From Myxococcota bacterium (GTDB lineage Bacteria > Myxococcota_A > Bradymonadia > UBA7976 > UBA1532): DNA of 64,000 nt. The notes beneath the pieces were generated by a model that ran no database searches, had not been told where the DNA came from, and worked only from the letters and a program-made list of their open reading frames with translations. The DNA lies in contig JAYZEG010000013.1 in NCBI GenBank assembly GCA_036337435.1, positions 1-64,000 on the forward strand. The letters are read 5' to 3'. The translations under genes were made by a program, and so were the position numbers. Positions 62,468-64,000 of this stretch are shown one piece after another (the stretch's first letter is position 1; every line of letters begins with the position of its first letter).

Positions 62468-64000
62468 ATGGATGTGACCAAAATGAGACGTTTTTGTTTT
62501 GCAGCGATACTGCTCGTTGCCTGTGGAGAGACGGCTGTAGACTACAATGAACCGGACATGCAAAGGCCGCGTCCGTTTCCCGATTATCGAATGCCGAACC
62601 GAGATGTGAATCCGATGAGAGATTTCGGTGTACGTCGTGACGCTGACGTCGGTATGCAAACGACCAGAAATGACTCTCGGAGTACGTTTTTCCCGGGTGA
62701 ATATGTCGCGTACGGTATGTGTCCAGAACCGATCACATACGGCGGCCAAATGACTGTTGAAGACCCCATGGCTCCCAATGGAGGTCAGGTTCGAGTTGGC
62801 CCGTACCCAAGTGCCTACGACAGCGGTCTGCAACGGATTTTACAGCAAATACCGGCCCCAACTGATGGAGACGACCCACCGAGCGTTATGGTCGATTTAA
62901 CGGTCGAAAGCGCAACGGTTGTTGCAACCCGTCCAGACCATTTGTCGCCGTCAGGCCTTCGGGAAAGCCAAGGGCGTTTTTGGATTGCAGACGGGCGTGG
63001 GGCCATCGAAGTCTACCTAGACTTAAACGAGCAATCAGTACCCCCCTTCCCAATTCAGGTGGGAACGGTCCTGAGTTTCTCGGTCAGTGAGATCGGCCGC
63101 TATGGCGACCGCGCTCAGATTAGGCGAGCTACAAATTTTCAAGAGGTGACTACGGCACCTCACTCCGATCTGTCTGCTGGGCCCAACGCAGACGTAGCCC
63201 TCTACGAACCCAATGGGGAAATTACCATAGAACGTGTCAACCAAATGATTCGAGTGAGCGGTTTACTTGACGGCGAACCTGAACGCTGCGGCAGCGGTCA
63301 CTTTTGTTGGCTGCTTACCTATGCCGGCGGGACAACCATATTTCGAACCCGGGATGACGACCTCCGCCCCGGCACGTGCATCACCTATGTTGGGCCCGTG
63401 TCGTCCTATCGAGGTCGGATCCAGCTTGAACCATTCAACCCACTTTGGGCTCGTCGATATCAGAGAGGCCTAGACCTGGGAGAGGCATGCGAAAACGATG
63501 GTCAATGCACGACCGACATGTGCATTCGGCAAGACAATACCGGCGTGTGCGGTGTGGGATGTGAGAGCAACGACGATTGCCCAGCCCGCACGGCTTGCTC
63601 CTTCAATGTATGCTTACCCCAAGAGGGCAGTGAGTGTCCCGAAGAGGTTGTTTTTGAGGGTCAATTACAAGGGGCTGGAGCTATGGTGCCCAACGGTGGA
63701 ACATCCCGTTTTGAGCCGTTTCCGAGCGACTATGACTCAGGCTTAGAAGGACTGGTCGCTCGGCTTCCACCCGTGATGCCCGATGGTGATGGCGAGGCCA
63801 GCTTCGTCGATATCCCTATCGAGCGTGCGACGATCATTGCGACACGTGCCTTCACAGATACTGATGTTCCGGAGAGTCAAGGGCGATTCTGGGTCGCTGA
63901 TGGGCGAGTTGCTGTCGAAGTTTATATGGACCTCGGATTGGCTGGTGGCACGCCCAACTTCCCAGTTCGAGTAGGTCAGGTCGTATCGTTTCGGGCAACA
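62468..64000 (+). CDS. Lipoprotein with at least two copies of the same uncharacterised module and a Cys-rich spacer, partial (runs off right edge)
   Basis: Manual translation (not in ORF track): open for 511 codons; MRRFCFAAILLVA-C lipobox (alternative start 62483); modules start CPEPITY (62720) and CPEEVVF (63635). Confidence 0.85.
   Translation, partial: MDVTKMRRFCFAAILLVACGETAVDYNEPDMQRPRPFPDYRMPNRDVNPMRDFGVRRDADVGMQTTRNDSRSTFFPGEYVAYGMCPEPITYGGQMTVEDPMAPNGGQVRVGPYPSAYDSGLQRILQQIPAPTDGDDPPSVMVDLTVESATVVATRPDHLSPSGLRESQGRFWIADGRGAIEVYLDLNEQSVPPFPIQVGTVLSFSVSEIGRYGDRAQIRRATNFQEVTTAPHSDLSAGPNADVALYEPNGEITIERVNQMIRVSGLLDGEPERCGSGHFCWLLTYAGGTTIFRTRDDDLRPGTCITYVGPVSSYRGRIQLEPFNPLWARRYQRGLDLGEACENDGQCTTDMCIRQDNTGVCGVGCESNDDCPARTACSFNVCLPQEGSECPEEVVFEGQLQGAGAMVPNGGTSRFEPFPSDYDSGLEGLVARLPPVMPDGDGEASFVDIPIERATIIATRAFTDTDVPESQGRFWVADGRVAVEVYMDLGLAGGTPNFPVRVGQVVSFRAT

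Noticed and set aside
62372..63974. Short ORF-track calls at the right end
   Set aside because: Superseded by one long plus-strand frame from 62468 that has no stop inside the window.
1..64000. Mobile elements, prophage, defence systems, tRNA or rRNA genes
   Set aside because: No transposase, integrase, phage, nuclease-effector or structural RNA signatures were recognised by eye; small RNAs cannot be excluded without a covariance search.

Overview
A gene-dense bacterial chromosomal segment with about 48 CDSs. I found no rRNA, tRNA, CRISPR array, IS element or prophage. Cys-rich repeat lipoproteins, Ig-like/YfaP-like lipoproteins and a Ser/Thr-kinase-like membrane protein suggest a Myxococcota-type organism (inference). 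Housekeeping genes include gcvP, metH, pntAB, trkAH, rnhA, trxB, rpmG, mlaE/mlaD, split rlmK/rlmL, pcp, an aminotransferase, an acyl-CoA dehydrogenase and an acyl-CoA ligase. Two genes absent from the ORF track run off the window ends: an RlmD-like methyltransferase (1-1044, minus) and a lipoprotein (62468-64000, plus). Best leads: (1) pspA (ESCRT-III superfamily) directly followed by a classical AAA ATPase, then rlmK-rlmL in reversed order; (2) a divergent lipoprotein pair sharing at least three copies of an unrecognised ~235-aa, probably tandem OB-fold module; (3) apparent pseudo-enzymes (an M1 aminopeptidase without Zn histidines, and a membrane pseudokinase behind an orphan short GspE/PilB ATPase); (4) a long MlaD with a possible C-terminal beta-barrel; (5) two genes that seem to need CTG starts; (6) a 2560-aa modular surface lipoprotein. 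All assignments come from reading motifs by eye; no searches were run.
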